From Raillietiella orientalis (taxonomy: Eukaryota), in assembly GCA_036172245.1 (NCBI GenBank), contig JAYWIR010000025.1:1860001-1924000 (forward strand): a stretch of DNA of 64,000 nt. Reading direction: 5' to 3'. This document shows positions 63,001-64,000 of the stretch, piece after piece; the stretch's first letter is position 1, and the number at the start of each line of letters is the position of its first letter. The translations under genes were made by a program, and so were the position numbers. A model generated the notes under the pieces. The model made no database searches. It was given only the letters and a program-made list of their open reading frames with translations, and was not told where the DNA came from.

Positions 63001-64000
63001 ATGGCCAAGGATTCTGCGAGGACTCAGCAGCCACTTCTCTAAGCACGCTGACCTTGAGGCTGCGGCAAAGAGAATCTGGTGAAGGAATGAGGAATGCGCC
63101 TCGTTCCACCGATCCCGGCAGCATCAAGTCCGTTCCCATACGACATGGTTCTGTCTCCTTTAGGAGCGATTCTTCTGTGGCCAGGTCTCTCTGCCTCCTT
63201 CTGCCATCCAAAGACCGCGCTGACTGCTCTGCTGGTCTGAGTACCACCCTCTCTCACCTCATCATGTCCCTTTGTCCGGCCTTCACTTCCGGAATGGATG
63301 ACCCAAACAGATTGCCAGAGAGTCAGAGCACCTGAGATGCTCCAGAAGGAGAGCGGAAGTCCTAACGGGAGCAGTTCGGCCACAACTTTCCCTTGATCCA
63401 GCAAGCTGGAAGCACAGGTCTCGCCCTTCGTTCCCTGTTTACTGGAAAGTAGCCCATCGGAAGGAGCTCCCTCGCTGAAGCCGTCTGTAGGTGGCTGGAG
63501 GAAGAATAACGACAAGTCAGCACTCTCAAGTGTCACAAAGGGCTGATGGGCCGAGAGTCGGCTTCACTGCTCCCTGGGAGAGAAATTGACTCTGGACGGT
63601 TCTATTCCCCCCTTCGCATGAGGCCTGATCCCCTCTCTCCCAGGAGTCTTAGCTAAAACCCATGACGAGCGCAGAAAAGTTGGTCCATCGTCCGGTGCGA
63701 GCAGCGATCGTTCCGTAAAATCGTCCCGCGTCCTGCTTGCGAATCTCGACGCGGCGGAGCCCCAGTTCTTCCTGGAATAGGAACTCCGACCTCTTCTTTT
63801 CTTTTTCTTTTTTTTTCTCGTGGTCACGGAAGACCTGCGTGAGGCAGCGAGAAATTGTTGTTGTGCGCGTGCGATGTTGCATCACTCTTTTTTTTTTTTC
63901 ACGCGAGGTGAGGGGACGAAATCCCGTTACTCCCTTCTTTGCTTCGCAGCGTTCAGGAGGTGGAGAGAAGTTTCGAAATCGCAGTCCCCTCTGGCACAGT

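Overview
Eukaryotic, arthropod-like genomic DNA; no prokaryotic genes, operons or CRISPR arrays. The only host protein-coding gene I can support is a class B (secretin-family) GPCR of the CRF/diuretic hormone 44 receptor type on the + strand. Three exons are visible (21718-21839, 53860-54046, 59980-60073), with matching splice phases and introns of about 32 kb and 5.9 kb; the gene continues past the window end. The large intron holds a full-length U6 snRNA retrocopy with an A-tail and a 16-bp target-site duplication. A long tRNA-headed SINE-like repeat occurs three times, and two inverted copies flank the first receptor exon. Most of the rest reads as heavily decayed transposon fossils: many Ty3/gypsy pol fragments on both strands, plus RTE, L1/Tx1-like, PIF/Harbinger and mariner pieces. 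I recognised these by eye from motif order and spacing only, so their boundaries are approximate. Most ORFs in the supplied track look spurious or are fossil frames.
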